A stretch of DNA of 64,000 bases from the human T2T-CHM13v2.0 reference genome, Homo sapiens, in assembly GCF_009914755.1 (NCBI RefSeq), contig NC_060935.1; one strand, 5' to 3'. Below are positions 35,401-47,829 of this stretch, piece after piece. The translations under genes were made by a program, and so were the position numbers. How positions within the stretch are numbered: position 1 is the stretch's first letter; each line of letters starts with the position of its first letter. The notes beneath the pieces were generated by a model. That model was given only the letters and a program-made list of their open reading frames with translations, had not been told where the DNA came from and ran no database searches.

Positions 35401-35628
35401 ATCTGGGAGCTTCAGGTTCCTTGCTCCCTTGGCTTTGCCGTTGATAACTTCCTGTCCAATCCTACCAAAGTCTGGAACTGGAACATCCAAGGGTTGCCCT
35501 TAGACGCCTTCTCTACTGAGAATGGCATCATCATCAAGCGAGGCCATAGGTAAGGGTGCAGCTGGGAGCGGGTGTGGCCTGGGAGCAGGGGCTGTCCTCT
35601 GACCTGTGCTCCCCCTTTAGGTGGGCAC
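35401..35628 (+). pseudogene. Orphan axonemal dynein heavy chain (DNAH2-like) gene fragment: exon 35401-35549, intron 35550-35620, first bases of next exon
   Basis: Translates to [50 protein letters not shown]/WA, matching the dynein W..QGLP.D..S.EN.II....RW motif. Donor AG|GTAAGG, branch CTGAC, acceptor CCCCCTTTAG|G. Confidence 0.88.
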
Positions 35629-35796
35629 GGTAATACAAACAAAAAGAGCTGGAGAATGGTCCAGGTCCAAACATAGCTACTTTCAAACCGTTGATAACTG
35701 GGATGAAAAACAAGAATTTCGTGATGGTATTGTTTAAAAAAGAATGAAAGACTAACTTGCTTTTCTTAGTATTTACTAAATCAGAAACCTTGCTGT

Positions 35797-35818
35797 ACAC
35801 ACACACACACACACACAC
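35797..35818. repeat. (CA)n microsatellite
   Basis: Read directly from the sequence. Confidence 0.95.
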
Positions 35819-36401
35819 TTACTTTCTTAAACATAAGGAAGCTGCTTGTATTGGTTTTTTGCTTCTTTATGTTTTCCTTTAATATAAAATTGGATAAAAT
35901 GTTTGAATGCCGTTATTTTACTTTTCTTAACTCTGTGTGTAGAGTGTTATGCAATTTTTTTCCTCTTCATATAATTTACAATCCTTTAGATTTTAAAAGT
36001 TACGTTTTTCTCATTTTCTTTCTTTGTAAATGGTAGTGGGTAGCAATTTGTGGATTTAGGTGAAGTGACATAGACTTTCCTATGTCACTTCTTTCACAGG
36101 AAGAAGTGTTTAAACTATAAACTGAGGAGGAGAAAATATCTAGGAAAAGAGAAGAAAGTTGGCAAAACCATGGTCTCCTTCTTCCTGAATTTGTAACTTG
36201 GCCTACAAAGAAAGCATCAGTCCTACTACACAGGAAGAGTCAACACTCGGAGGAGGCCTTCTGCACTTTGTCCTCTCCTTCTTTTCACTCCTCATAATGG
36301 GAAAGAAAGTAAGTTATCTAATCTGTGAAATAAGAATATGTTGCATATAACCAGTTTGGCCTCTTCTTCGTCTTTTTGGAGGGGCATATGCTTAGAAAAC
36401 A

Positions 36402-36719
36402 CAGTTTTCCCCTCTTACCTTTCTTGGGAGACATGTTCCACGATTGTCAGTGCATGCCTGAAATGTATGATAGGACTGAACACTAAATTTACGGTGCTCG
36501 TTCCTGTACATATACTATGATAAAGTTTAATTTATTAGGTATAGTAAGAGATTGATAATAATATCTAATAGTAAAATAAAAAATATAAGAAGATACTGTA
36601 AAAATGTTACGTAGATATAGTCTTTCTCTCCCTCTCAAAATCCTGTAATACTCAGACCATAATTGACTGCAGGTAAATGAAACCACAGAAGACAAAACAC
36701 GGATAAGGTGGGACTATCG
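36402..36719 (-). mobile_element. MER44-like TcMar-Tigger MITE
   Basis: Degenerate TIRs cagttttcccctcttacc... and ...cggataaggtgggactatcg(ta); internal atgataaagtttaatttat. Confidence 0.7.
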
Positions 36720-37927
36720 TATTCATGCTTTTCTCTGCTATGAAATAATTTTACCACATTAGGGTCTGTGAATGCAGCCAGGGGAAGGGTGCTATTATGG
36801 GAGAGTGCCTCACTTTCAGGCAAAAGATATTCACAATAATCTTAGGACACCAACTTAATGGTAAAGGAGTTTTGCTTATTTCTAACTATCTGAATAGGGT
36901 GTGGACTTCTTAGTTTGTTCACAATTAAATAGAAGGGAGAGAAACATGATTATTTGGAAGTTCTGATTAATGTTTAACACTCTTGAAAATATAATGGAGT
37001 AAATGCATCTAATCATGGTCATTTACTCTTTTGCCATGACAATAAAACACTTTGAACTTGAATCCTAAAAGATATTTAAATTCTTATCTATAAATGATGT
37101 GATTTCTTTCCCATCTAGCCTAATCTCTGGTATATTTAACATGATGAATCCATATACATTTTGGGAACATACGCTTTATTTGAGAATTTATTCCATTCCC
37201 TAAGTATTTCTGAGCACAAATTCTATTTTATATAATTTGGTAGGTTCTGTGCAGATGAGAATAAAAGGGGGATCGTTTACCCTAATAAATGCTTATAGTT
37301 TTAGGAAAGGATAGACATTAAACAAAAAAATTGGTAAATATATAATTACAATTTGTGACAAGTACATTGAAGGAATTTTTAAAATCTCATTTTTATGCCA
37401 GTAAATAACAGGATATCCAGTTTAGACTGAGGATCAGAGAAGTCCTCTCTGAGGAAGTGCCTCTTAAGATGATGGCTGAAGAAGGCATATGAGTTAGCCC
37501 AATGGACAATGAAAGGAAAATTACTGTATTACAAGCAGAAAAAAACAACATGTGAATGCCTGGAGGCCCTGAGGCCCTTAGGTGAGAAACTGCTTGTCTG
37601 CATGTGGTTCAGAGAAAACAAATTATATAAAACGAAGTTAGCAGCGTCGGAAAGGTTTGTTAAGGATTTTTTCTTTTAAGATTTTGTAAGACCACTCAGG
37701 CTATTGTTTCGAGAATGAATCAGAGGCAGGAGTAGGGTTGGCGAGGATGCAAAAGAGATGGGGATATCTAATATTACTTTAGCAGACTCTCTCCTTTCTG
37801 TCACTTGTTATCCTGTGAAGATATCACTTGCTGCCCAATGAATAAAAATTAGGAAAATTGGTCTCCTGTTTTCTCATGCTCAGGGAACATCTTCTTTTCT
37901 GTACTTTTCTTCAGACAGGGAAGATCA

Positions 37928-39290
37928 GTGAAGTAATAAGAAATACACATATTGGTCTGTAACCCCAGTCCCTAGCACAGAACTCCTAAAACTATTGCAA
38001 TTTTCTGAGCAATAGAGGTGCTAAAAGAATCTTTTGTTCTAATGTTTAGTCTCTGCCCTGATTCCTGAGACAAAGCTCCTAGTAACATTGTAGATAAAGG
38101 TGGTAGGTTAATTGTTTGTTCTAATATTTGGTCTTTGATGTAGGGTCTTGGCACAGAGGTCCTAAATCCTTTTGAATTTCCTGGGTAATAGAAGTATCTT
38201 TGGTTGTAATGAGGTGACTTGGTGGGTTTTAGGATGGGGCTGGTCACCAGAAAGACTAAACCGTGGTTATATGCTTGGAGCTCTCATCCCCACCCCCCAT
38301 TCCTCAAAGAGAAGAGAAGGGCTGCAAATGGAGTTTATAATCAGTCATGGCTACATGATGAAGCCTCCCTAAAAATCTTTGAACTATGGGGTTCAGGAGC
38401 TTCTGAGTTGGTGAACACATCTGAGTGCTGGGAGGATGGTGCACCTCAACTCCATAGGGACAGAAGCTATCCTTCCAGACCTCACCCTATGTACCTCTTC
38501 CTCTGGCTGTTCATCTGTATCCTTGGTTATATCCATGATTAATAAGCCAGTAATTCTAAGTAAACTGTTTCTCTGACTTCTGTGAGCCACTAATGCAAAA
38601 CATGATTTATAGCTGGTTAAGAGGAAGTATTGTTGATAACCTACTACTTGCAATTGGCCTTTGAAGTGGGGGAAATTTTTATGGTAATAAGCCTTTAACT
38701 TGTGGGATCTGACACCATATTAGTCCATTCTCATGTTGCTAATAAAGACATACCCAAGACTGGGTAATTTATAAAGGAAAGAGGTTTAATTGACTCACAG
38801 TTTAGCATCTCTGGGGAGACCTCAGACAACTTACAATCCTGGCAGACAGGGAAGCAAACATGTGTTTTTTCACATGGCAGCAGGAGAGAGAATGAGAACC
38901 AAGTGAAGGGAGAAGCCCCTTATAAACCATCAGATCTCATGAGAACTTACTATCACAAGAATAGCATGGGTAAAATAGCCCCCATGATTCAATTACCTCC
39001 CATCAGGTTTCTCGCAGGACATATGGAAATTATGGGAACTACAATTCAAGATGAGATTTGCATGGGAACACAGCCAAACCATATCAGACACTATCCAGAT
39101 CCCATTATCTATCTAGATAGTGTCAGAATTAAATTGAATTATAGGAAACCCAGCTAGTGTCTGCCGGAGAATTATTTGGTGTGTGGGGCAAGACTCCCAT
39201 ACATCTAGTGTCAGAAATGTGGAGGTGAGTGATTGGTTGAGTGCATGAGACTAGAAATAAACAATATGATTTTTTCTTAAATCTCAGAAG
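37928..39290. mobile_element. MER21-family solo LTR interrupted by a THE1 LTR
   Basis: aagtaataagaaatacacatattggtct...cctagcacagaactcctaaa with internal ~80-bp repeated units. Confidence 0.75.
38716..39086 (-). mobile_element. THE1 (THE1C-like) MaLR solo LTR with 5-bp TSD GACAC
   Basis: tattagtccattctc...cagccaaaccatatca; gacac at 38711-38715 and 39087-39091. Confidence 0.9.
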
Positions 39291-41194
39291 GCCAACACTT
39301 TGCTTTTCTAGTTCTGAAATAATCAGAAAATAGGAGTGTCATTTTGCTGAGAATTGCCGTTTCAGACCAAAAATACACTGAACTTCAGAAAAAGATTAAG
39401 CAGTTCTGAGAATCAAGGGCTATGAAAGTAAAACGAAAATAAGACAGAGAGGAAGGAAAAAAGTGTGACTTCCTATTCTCATGCCTCAGTGTGTGTGTGT
39501 GGGGGGGGTGGGGTGGGAGTGTATGTGCGTGCTCATATATGCACTAGTTTAAGAATCTAGTATGTTTCAATTAATTTTAATTTTCAGTTTGTCTTCAAAA
39601 TCCATGTCTTCTTCCAGAGGTCCACTTTCAATAACAAAAACACTTCTACTTGCCTTTCTTTAGAAACTTAAACTATCATAAAAGTCATTTCTCTTTTCCT
39701 TCTTGAATTATTCAAAGTCTGGTGCCTTAGACTTTCTTCTTCTGCCCAGACTATGCTCACACTGATGAAACCTGGGGAATCTATTCCTTTGGGTTGGGGA
39801 ATATTCCCTATTCTCTCCAACAGTAAACATAAAAGATGAATTTCTTCCTAAATTACTTAAGGGCAGACACACCAGTTCTAAGTATATTACATTTTCTCTA
39901 AAGCACACATAGTTTAGTCTCATTAAGGAATATAAATTTATCCCATCAATTAGACTTTGACCTGACTTGAAAAATGATAGCCTTAGTATTATGATGCTGA
40001 GAAGCATTTGCCTCCTTCCCAAGTCCTCTTTCAATACAGAAAGACACTACATTAGCTGAGAATGCAATATGTGGGAAATTGCCTTGATGCAGTGGAAGCA
40101 CTAACTGGTGAGCTATCCCAGAGGTCGAGGAACAGAAAGGCTTTCAGACCAAATTAAAATGACCAAACCACATGGCTTATTAAATTGATTAAAATACTGA
40201 GCAAAAAACAAGGAGAATGAATTGGGGTAAGGTAATTCACTTACAGAGGTGCAAACAGGGTGAAAGGACTACACTCCCTGAGTCCTAGGGTTCACAATGT
40301 GCATAAATCTTGCTTCTCTTTTGAAACATCAGCCTTCATGGGTGCTGGTTCAATGATGAGGGCCAGAGTTAATGTCTGAACAGAGAAGGGCCCCAAGGGA
40401 AGATATCCGGAACCAAGGACACAAACCTCCTCTTTCAGAGAGATGCAGGAGAAGTGTGCTTGATGCAAGAGTAGCATCAATTCATTTGTTGAACAGCCTT
40501 TGGTTTTATTTGCACTTTTGGGCAGGATCAGAATAGAACCATACTTGGTATCTTATTGAACTTCTTGGGTAGGACTAGAATAGAACCATGCTGTGTGTCA
40601 ACAAGTGGTGGCTAATTGAGGTTTAATAAAGTTCTTGATCAAGAAGAAGTGGCATCCTCAAGATGTGGGTCTTTTCATCCTTTGCATCTAAGCAGCATAT
40701 TTTTGTTCCATCACATTTTCTATTTATTCTATCTCTGGTTGTCATACAGGTTACTAACTTACTATCTGTTTTACCAGATCATCTGAATTCTACCTATGTC
40801 TCACAAATTACTTCTTTTTCATTATATATAATAAACCTATCCTGTGGGTTTTGCCTATATCTCACATGCTTATTTTCCAGCATATTGTTGTCCATGTTTA
40901 GCACTTCTTATGAATTCCATCCATCCTATTTGTTTTTTAATCTTCTATAGCAGAACTGAATATTCTCAACAGTACAGCAAAATCCCATTACATAATGCCA
41001 TTAGCCAATCCATCTAATTTGATTACTGTTATAATCACAAAATTTGTTCATTGTATTCCCCAATATTTTTCCAGACCAAAAAAAGAGAGCTTGCATTTTT
41101 TAAAGGAATTAAGAGACATTTGTCATACTTCAATTGAGAGATGATTTTTGCCTTAGCCTGGGCCTACCACACCAGATGTGGAAAAATGGATGAA

Positions 41195-41560
41195 ACTGAG
41201 AGAAAATTAGCAGAACTAGGTGACTGATTTTATGTGGGATTTGCAGGAGAAAAAGATATCAAGGATAACTCCAAGTTTTTTGGTTCTGTATAAGTATCAC
41301 TCACTAAGAAGTGTGGGAAGAATGAAGGAAGAGTTAATTGAGGAGTAGAAAGACGTGATAAATATAAATCCAGTTTTGGAATTATGTCCCAAAAATATAC
41401 CAGTTGTCAATTTGTTAAATATTGATGTGAAACTTAGAAGACAAATCTATTGAGTATATACAAAGTTGGGAATATAGCAACATATAGATGACATTGAATA
41501 CAATGAAATTACATGATTTCATCTAAGGAGAAAATGTAGAAGTGATAAGAGAAGTCAGTG
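41195..41560 (-). mobile_element. L2 fragment
   Basis: gatatcaaggataactccaagttttttggtt... L2-like motifs. Confidence 0.55.
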
Positions 41561-41618
41561 GATCAATATATATGACTATTTATACATACATATTTATAGT
41601 GTACTACATGCAGGCCAA

Positions 41619-42470
41619 TGTTTTAGTTTTTTATTGTGTCAACTTAACTAAGCTGAAACTAAGTTTCTCAGAATTCCTCTCCATATGTAGTTCCAGGTTA
41701 GCTTAGGCCACAGGAGCTGTTTTTTCCTGAGATTTGGAAGATGAGAGTAAAGCAGCAACCATAATTTATTAGACATGGAAGCCTGGTGAAAAACACGAGC
41801 CACGTTGCAACTTAGGTCTGTCGCCGCTCTTGTGGTTGGTTGGAGAAACAGCCAGGCCCACCGTTCCTGCGGGTCCAGTCAGTTTTCTCCTTCAGCTTCC
41901 TCAATTCTTCAATCAGATGATTACTTAGATCCAGGTATGAGTTTAACATTAGCTCCTTCTGCAGAACACACCCATCTCCAAAGTTGGAAGCATAGCAACA
42001 GTGAGAGACTGGAATGAGTTTAGTCCAGTCTTTCAGTTTTTAGCTGATTCATACAGGTTTTAGGTTGTCTTGCTTCTTTACCATCAAGTCTATTTTCACT
42101 CACCTCTTGCTTACCCTGCCAGGTACCCTACAGGTTCCAGTCATAGACAAAGAAGCATCAGCTTCACATAGACCATTGAAACAGCTTTCAGAGGATTCTG
42201 CTTCTCTGATCAAATTCTGAATGATACAGGTACAAACAATCTGATTCTGCTTTTGTGGTAATGCTACTGTAACACTAAGAAGAGCAGAATGATTTTGATA
42301 AGTTACATAGGACACAGCAGTGCACTGTACCAGTCATTAAACAATTATTTATCAACTTTAATTTCATCCTTTCATACTTTGCTCTATGATCTCAGGTTTG
42401 GAATTCTGCAAACCCTACTTTTCCTTGGTCGGATAGCTTTTTATTAGATTTTGCCAATAAGGGCTGAAAT
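41619..42470. mobile_element. Old ERVL-type LTR (41619-42228) plus a second LTR fragment (42327-42470); LTR40/41/52-like
   Basis: Termini TGttttagttttttattgtgtcaactt...tctgcttctctgatcaaattctgaatgataCA; the second fragment starts tgtaccagtcattaa. Confidence 0.55.
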
Positions 42471-43119
42471 AAGTGCAGTGGCATACCATATGAGTATGGT
42501 GATGAGAAGGGGTATTATTTTGGGCAGTGATGGTAATGGTAGCAAATTCTAAAGTGAGAATGTGCCTAGCAGGTAAGAGGAAAAGCTTGGTGGGGTTTGA
42601 ATTTGGAGAGGTAGCCCAGAAGATAGTTCCTTTAAGTGCAAAGCAAACATGTGTAGAACCTGTGGGCAATAGGAGACACCAGCTAACATGTAACTTGTGT
42701 ATAGTGACCAATATGCATATGGAAGGATGCTTAACCAATTTATAAAGGAAATACCTAAAATTTAAAGTGATTTTATTTGTGGCTTGACAAATCAACAGGA
42801 TTAACTATATATCACATTGGTGAAACTATAGATAAATGGGCCCTGTCACTTTCTGCTCACAGATAGTACCCATTTGGACAATTTTCTTAACAATACCTTA
42901 CACAGAAAAGTTAAAATTTAATGCTTTTGACTCTTTTCAGTTCTGAGAGTTTATTCCAATAATTTTATCAGACAGAAACTTAAAGATATATGTACAAGGG
43001 AAGTTTTATTACAGAAATTCTTAAGATAACAAATTTAGAAATTACCTAAATTCATAAAATAAATTCTAGTACACCTATTAAAAGGAATATTGGGTAGCTA
43101 TTAAATGTGGAAACAATGC

Positions 43120-43620
43120 ACAGCAGAGGCAGCCAGTTGAGACCCAATATTGTTTTTTCCTTTCCTAATAGAATCCCCAGTATTTAGCTAATCATGTGGT
43201 AACATGCAATGAATATGTCACTTTTCATCTCATTGCTAAGGGTTGCTCTGTTACTAAATTCTGGTTGATGGCTTATAAGCATAAGTGATTCCCTGAAAGG
43301 GAGGGCAAATGTGTTTTTTTCCTCTCTTCCTCCTTGTTGGCTGGAGTATGCTTTTAATAGTAGTAATGGCTGTAGTTCTGGTAGCCACCTTGAACCAAGA
43401 GGTGACCTTTGAAAGGCAGGCACTCACAGAGGAGTGACAGAAAAGACAGCTGGTGGCAGTGGGCAGGTGGGACGGACAAAGGATGAGAAAAATCAGAAAA
43501 TTATGTAAATATGGCACCCTAAAGTTGCACCATAGATTGTCATCCCGAAGATTTCTGAATTTATTCCATTTATGTCACCTATTCTTCACATATCTGTTAC
43601 TCAATTTAATTCTAGGTGAT
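43120..43620 (+). mobile_element. MLT1-type MaLR LTR remnant
   Basis: atggctgtagttctggtagccaccttgaaccaagaggtgacc motif. Confidence 0.5.
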
Positions 43621-44783
43621 TATTTTTAAGGAAAATTGAAAAGCAGGTCATAGAGTGGCTTGTACAGTATGCTTCTCATTGTATATGTCTTTGTATGTGA
43701 GGAGACAAAGAAAGACAGAAAGGTGAAAATGAGAGAACATATGGCATCTTGTGGAACATAGATGATTTTCACTTCCCTCTTTATAATTTTTAGTTCTGTT
43801 TCGATAGTTTTACAAAATTGCCAATGTTCTCAAGATTAAAACAAAATAAAGAGTTTTTAGTTTGCATAACTAAGCCTTCATCTAGATGAAAAGTTAAAAT
43901 AATCACTACACACATGCAAACATATATTGGTAATTTATTTTAAAAATTTACATCATTTTGATAGTTTTTAATAGTAACTATTAAGGATTAAACAGGCTGG
44001 CCTTTATATGTGCTTATAGGTTAACTTATAGGTGAACTCAGGTATAAAACATGTTCAAGTATTATTGGTTTATTAAAAAATATCATTTGTAGCTCCCTAA
44101 AAAATATGTATTATTAAAAATATCCTATGAAATAATGAAAAATAAATCAAGAAAGATGAGAATCCCTTCTATAAATATAAATATGGGATTTCAAAATCAA
44201 CTATTAGCAAAATTATTTTAAGTGTAGAAGAAATAAATAAACCTACATTACAAAGATGTCATACTAAGAAAGCAATCACTGCTTCATATTAGACCACTGG
44301 CTAGTATGATCATATAAGTATTCTAAATACAAAGATTATACTTTCCATTTATTCTATCTATTCTACATGAGGACTTCAAATAACACTGAGAGATGAATCA
44401 TATGAAAAATAGCAATGTAAATATACATTTAATTATATAAAAGCTAGCTAAAAATCAACAGGAAATATATTTAATCAGGAAACTGGAAGAATTCCTATTA
44501 AGATAATAATTCAGAATATTCGCTATCATTATTTTAATTGGCTATATAATCTAGATATATAATAAATATAAAACTTTATGAAAATAAAATAAAAACTGTG
44601 GATATTGGTGAGAAATAAATCTAGAATTTGTGGATAATAAAATTTTACGTAATTAATTTTCAAAGGATAAAACAAAAAATTATCTAGATCCATGAATTGA
44701 ATGCTCAATAAAGCTGCTAATATGGATATATAATTTGATATTTACAAAAACTGCATATATGTATATATATATAATTTACATAT

Positions 44784-45163
44784 TGATATGGTTTTCCTGT
44801 GTCCCCACCTAAATCTTATCTTGAATTGTAACTCCCACAATTCCCACGTGTCGTGGGAGGAACCTGGTGGGAAGTGGTCAAATCATGGAGGTGGGTCTTT
44901 CCTGTGCTGTTTTCATGATAGTTAATGAGTCTCATGAAATCTGATGGTTTTTTAAAGAGGAGTTCCCTGCACAAGCTCTCTCTCTTTGCCTGCCCACATC
45001 CAGGTAAGAAATGACTTGCTCCTCCTTGCCTTCTGCCATGATTGTTCCTCCGCAGCCTCCCCAGCCATGTAGAACTAGAACTGTAAGTCCATTAAACCTC
45101 TTTCTGTGGTTAATTCCCCAGTCTTGGGTATGTCTTTATCAGCAGCGTGAAAACGGACATATA
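44784..45163 (+). mobile_element. THE1 (THE1B-like) MaLR solo LTR
   Basis: tgatatggttttcctgtgtccccac...ggtatgtctttatcagcagcgtgaaaacggac. Confidence 0.9.
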
Positions 45164-46849
45164 TATTTAAGAATCTAGGGAATCTGTCATTTTTTTTTCC
45201 TTTACATCCACAGCATTGATCAGTTAGAAATGTTGGAGGAAAACATTCTTATTCAAAATAGTAACAAAATACAAAATGTCTAGGTATATCCTGATTCAGA
45301 AATTTGAGGAAGTTATACAAAGAAAAATATAAACATTTGCTCAAAAATTAAAAAATGCATGACAATAAATTTGAAAACCATAGCTCTAGATAAACAAATG
45401 TACACATTTAAATTCCATTAGAACCCTATTTTAATTATCAGAAAACTTATACAGTCATTATAAAATTTACCTGGAAACACACACAGTATGTGACTAAGGA
45501 CAGTAAGAACAAGAAAGGGCTAAAGAGGATGATCAAACAGTAATTAGCAATGTAATACAGCATAAGTCCTGAAAGATGAATCGGTGAATGTAACACTAAT
45601 TATCTCTACCATAAACAATTGCCCACTGTGTGGCAGGCAGTGCAACAGGGAGGTGCTACATGCACATAATATTATACCTGCTCAATATGAGTCAGATACT
45701 AGCACGCCCACTTCATACCTGGAAACTGGTGTCAGATAAGCTAATTTATTAAAAGTACCATAATTAGTAAACTGAAAATTTATGATTCAGAAGGAGTCAT
45801 TACACAATGAAGATGCTAATCAAAGAGAATGATTACCTGATTTTCAATGTTCTAGACCATATCTCCAGAGACCTAATTGTGGTTTGCTTTTTATAATGGA
45901 GGAATATGAGATTACCTGTTGTATGCTTATGTCGAAACTTTTTCTTTAAGCTAGTTTGAGTGAGTTTTAATCCCTCGTAGTAAAAGTTTCTCTAAAGTAG
46001 ATACCAATGTCCAGTATTTTTCTTAAATATCCTCCAAGACACCCATTCCATAACACATTATAAATTAATATTAAAGACAATGTTACAATTGGTGTATATA
46101 TATATATATGATTATATATATATGATTCAAGTGGTGTATCATTGACAACTGGTAATTCATTGGAAAAAATCAATAATATCCCCATGTCACATTTCACTGC
46201 AAAATCATATTGTTTAGAGAATGAATTCATAAAATTTAAAGGAGAATAAGATATTTAAATATATCTTTAATATAATTGTAAGAAATTATAGGTAGTGATA
46301 CAATATTTAAGCTTGAAAATATAAAAACAAACACAGAAGAAAATATAAATGGATTCTATTACTGAAAATGTGAGTATTCCACATCACATATCATACAGAA
46401 AATGTAATATCAAAGAACTAACTAAAAATATTATATGACCTAATGTTATATGAGCTAATACACTGTCATATATAAAGGATTTATACAAATTGATAAGGAA
46501 AACACATATAAAATTTGAAATAAAATTTAAAAAATAAATTAACAGTTCACTAAAACACAGCAAATAAAGTGGTTAGAATGTCAAATAATGTCGATAACAA
46601 AAGACATGTCAATGAAACTGACTATTTTTACCTATTATATCAGTAATGATTTTTTTAAAAAAAAATTCCTCTACCTACCAGTCATTATCTTGAATTTCTT
46701 CTATGCATATAATTTGGCAAAAAAATTTGGCAATAATTTATCAAACAGTTTAAGTGTATGGATCCAGTAATTCTACTTTTTAGTAATACATTCTAAGAAT
46801 ATAAACCTCTTTCTAGACAAAAGTAAAAGTTAAACATATTCATAATCAT

Positions 46850-47280
46850 ATCAACCTAAGTGCCCATCAATGATAGACTGGAAGAAAATGTGGCACATAT
46901 ACACCATGGAATACTATGTAGTCATAAAAAGAATGAGTTCATGTCCTTTGCAGGGACATGGATGAAGCTGGAAATCATCATCCTCAGCAAACTAACACAG
47001 GAACAGAAAACCAAACACCATATATTCTCATTCATAAGGGGGAGTTGAACAATGAGAACATATAGACACAGGGAGAGGAACATCACATACCAGGGCCTGT
47101 CCAGGGGTGGGGGCTAAGTTGGGGGAGGGCATTAGGACAAATACCTAATGCACACGGGGCTTAAAACCTAGATGATGGGTCGATGGGTGCAGCAAACCAC
47201 CATGGCACATGCATACCTATGTAACAAACCTGCACATTCAGCACATGTATCCCAGAACTTAAAATAAATTTTAAAAAAAG
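46850..47280 (+). mobile_element. L1PA (L1PA7/8-like) 3' end
   Basis: ORF2 C-terminus (SFAGTWMKLEIIILSKLTQEQKTK) and 3'UTR ending cccagaacttaaaataaa. Confidence 0.92.
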
Positions 47281-47367
47281 AAAAAGAAAGAGAGAGAAAA
47301 AAAGAAAAGAAAGAAGAAAGAAAGAAAAGAAAGAAAGAAAGAGAGAAAGAAAGAAAGAAAAAGAAAG

Positions 47368-47438
<71 letters not shown>

Positions 47439-47440
47439 AA
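47278..47440. repeat. (GAAA)n microsatellite derived from the L1 tail
   Basis: Read directly from the sequence. Confidence 0.97.
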
Positions 47441-47447
47441 ATAAATA

Positions 47448-47753
47448 GGAGACTTCAGAGAAAATAACAGATAAGAATCAGGCCTAACTTGCAGCTCGCA
47501 CCTGGACAGACAGAGCAGCAGGTGGAGCTAAGCTGTGGGGACACAAAACCGTAAGAATGACACAATTGTCTCTGGGGACTTAGGGGAAAGGGTGGGAGTG
47601 GGTTGAGGGATAAAAGACTACACATTAGATACAGTGTACACTGCTCGGGTGATGGGTGCACCATAAATCACCACAAAAGAACTTATTCATGTAACCAAAC
47701 ACAATCTGTTCCCCAGAACTTATTGAAATAAACAAAAAGTAAAATAAAATAAA
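47448..47753 (+). mobile_element. L1PB-type mini-element: 5' terminus joined to 3'UTR and A tail
   Basis: ctaacttgcagctcgcacctggacagacagagcagc (5'UTR-like) runs directly into ctaagctgtgggg...gggataaaagactacac...gaacttattcatgtaaccaaac (3'UTR). Confidence 0.7.
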
Positions 47754-47829
47754 TGAATATTGAAATCAACATCTAAAAGTCAGGTGAAAGTTAAATAGTA
47801 TGCCCTATATATACCTGACGAATATTATA

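Noticed and set aside
35401-36100. Helitron-style capture of the dynein fragment, using the 36062-36091 hairpin as a 3' terminal signal
   Set aside because: No CTRR terminus at the usual spacing from the hairpin and no recognisable 5' TC end or element body.
37928-38200. Repeated ~80-bp units suggesting an array or CRISPR-like structure
   Set aside because: They are internal repeats of a MER21-type LTR in eukaryotic DNA, with no repeat-spacer organisation.
39489-39530. G-quadruplex candidate in the TG/G-run tract
   Set aside because: Short simple repeat with no promoter or exon context to suggest function.
40292-40480. Minus-strand ORF containing LALII (CTGGCCCTCATCAT), resembling the caspase first beta-strand
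   Set aside because: The flanks show no IYP, CN..F or other caspase similarity, and there is no matching exon structure; treated as a chance 14-mer.
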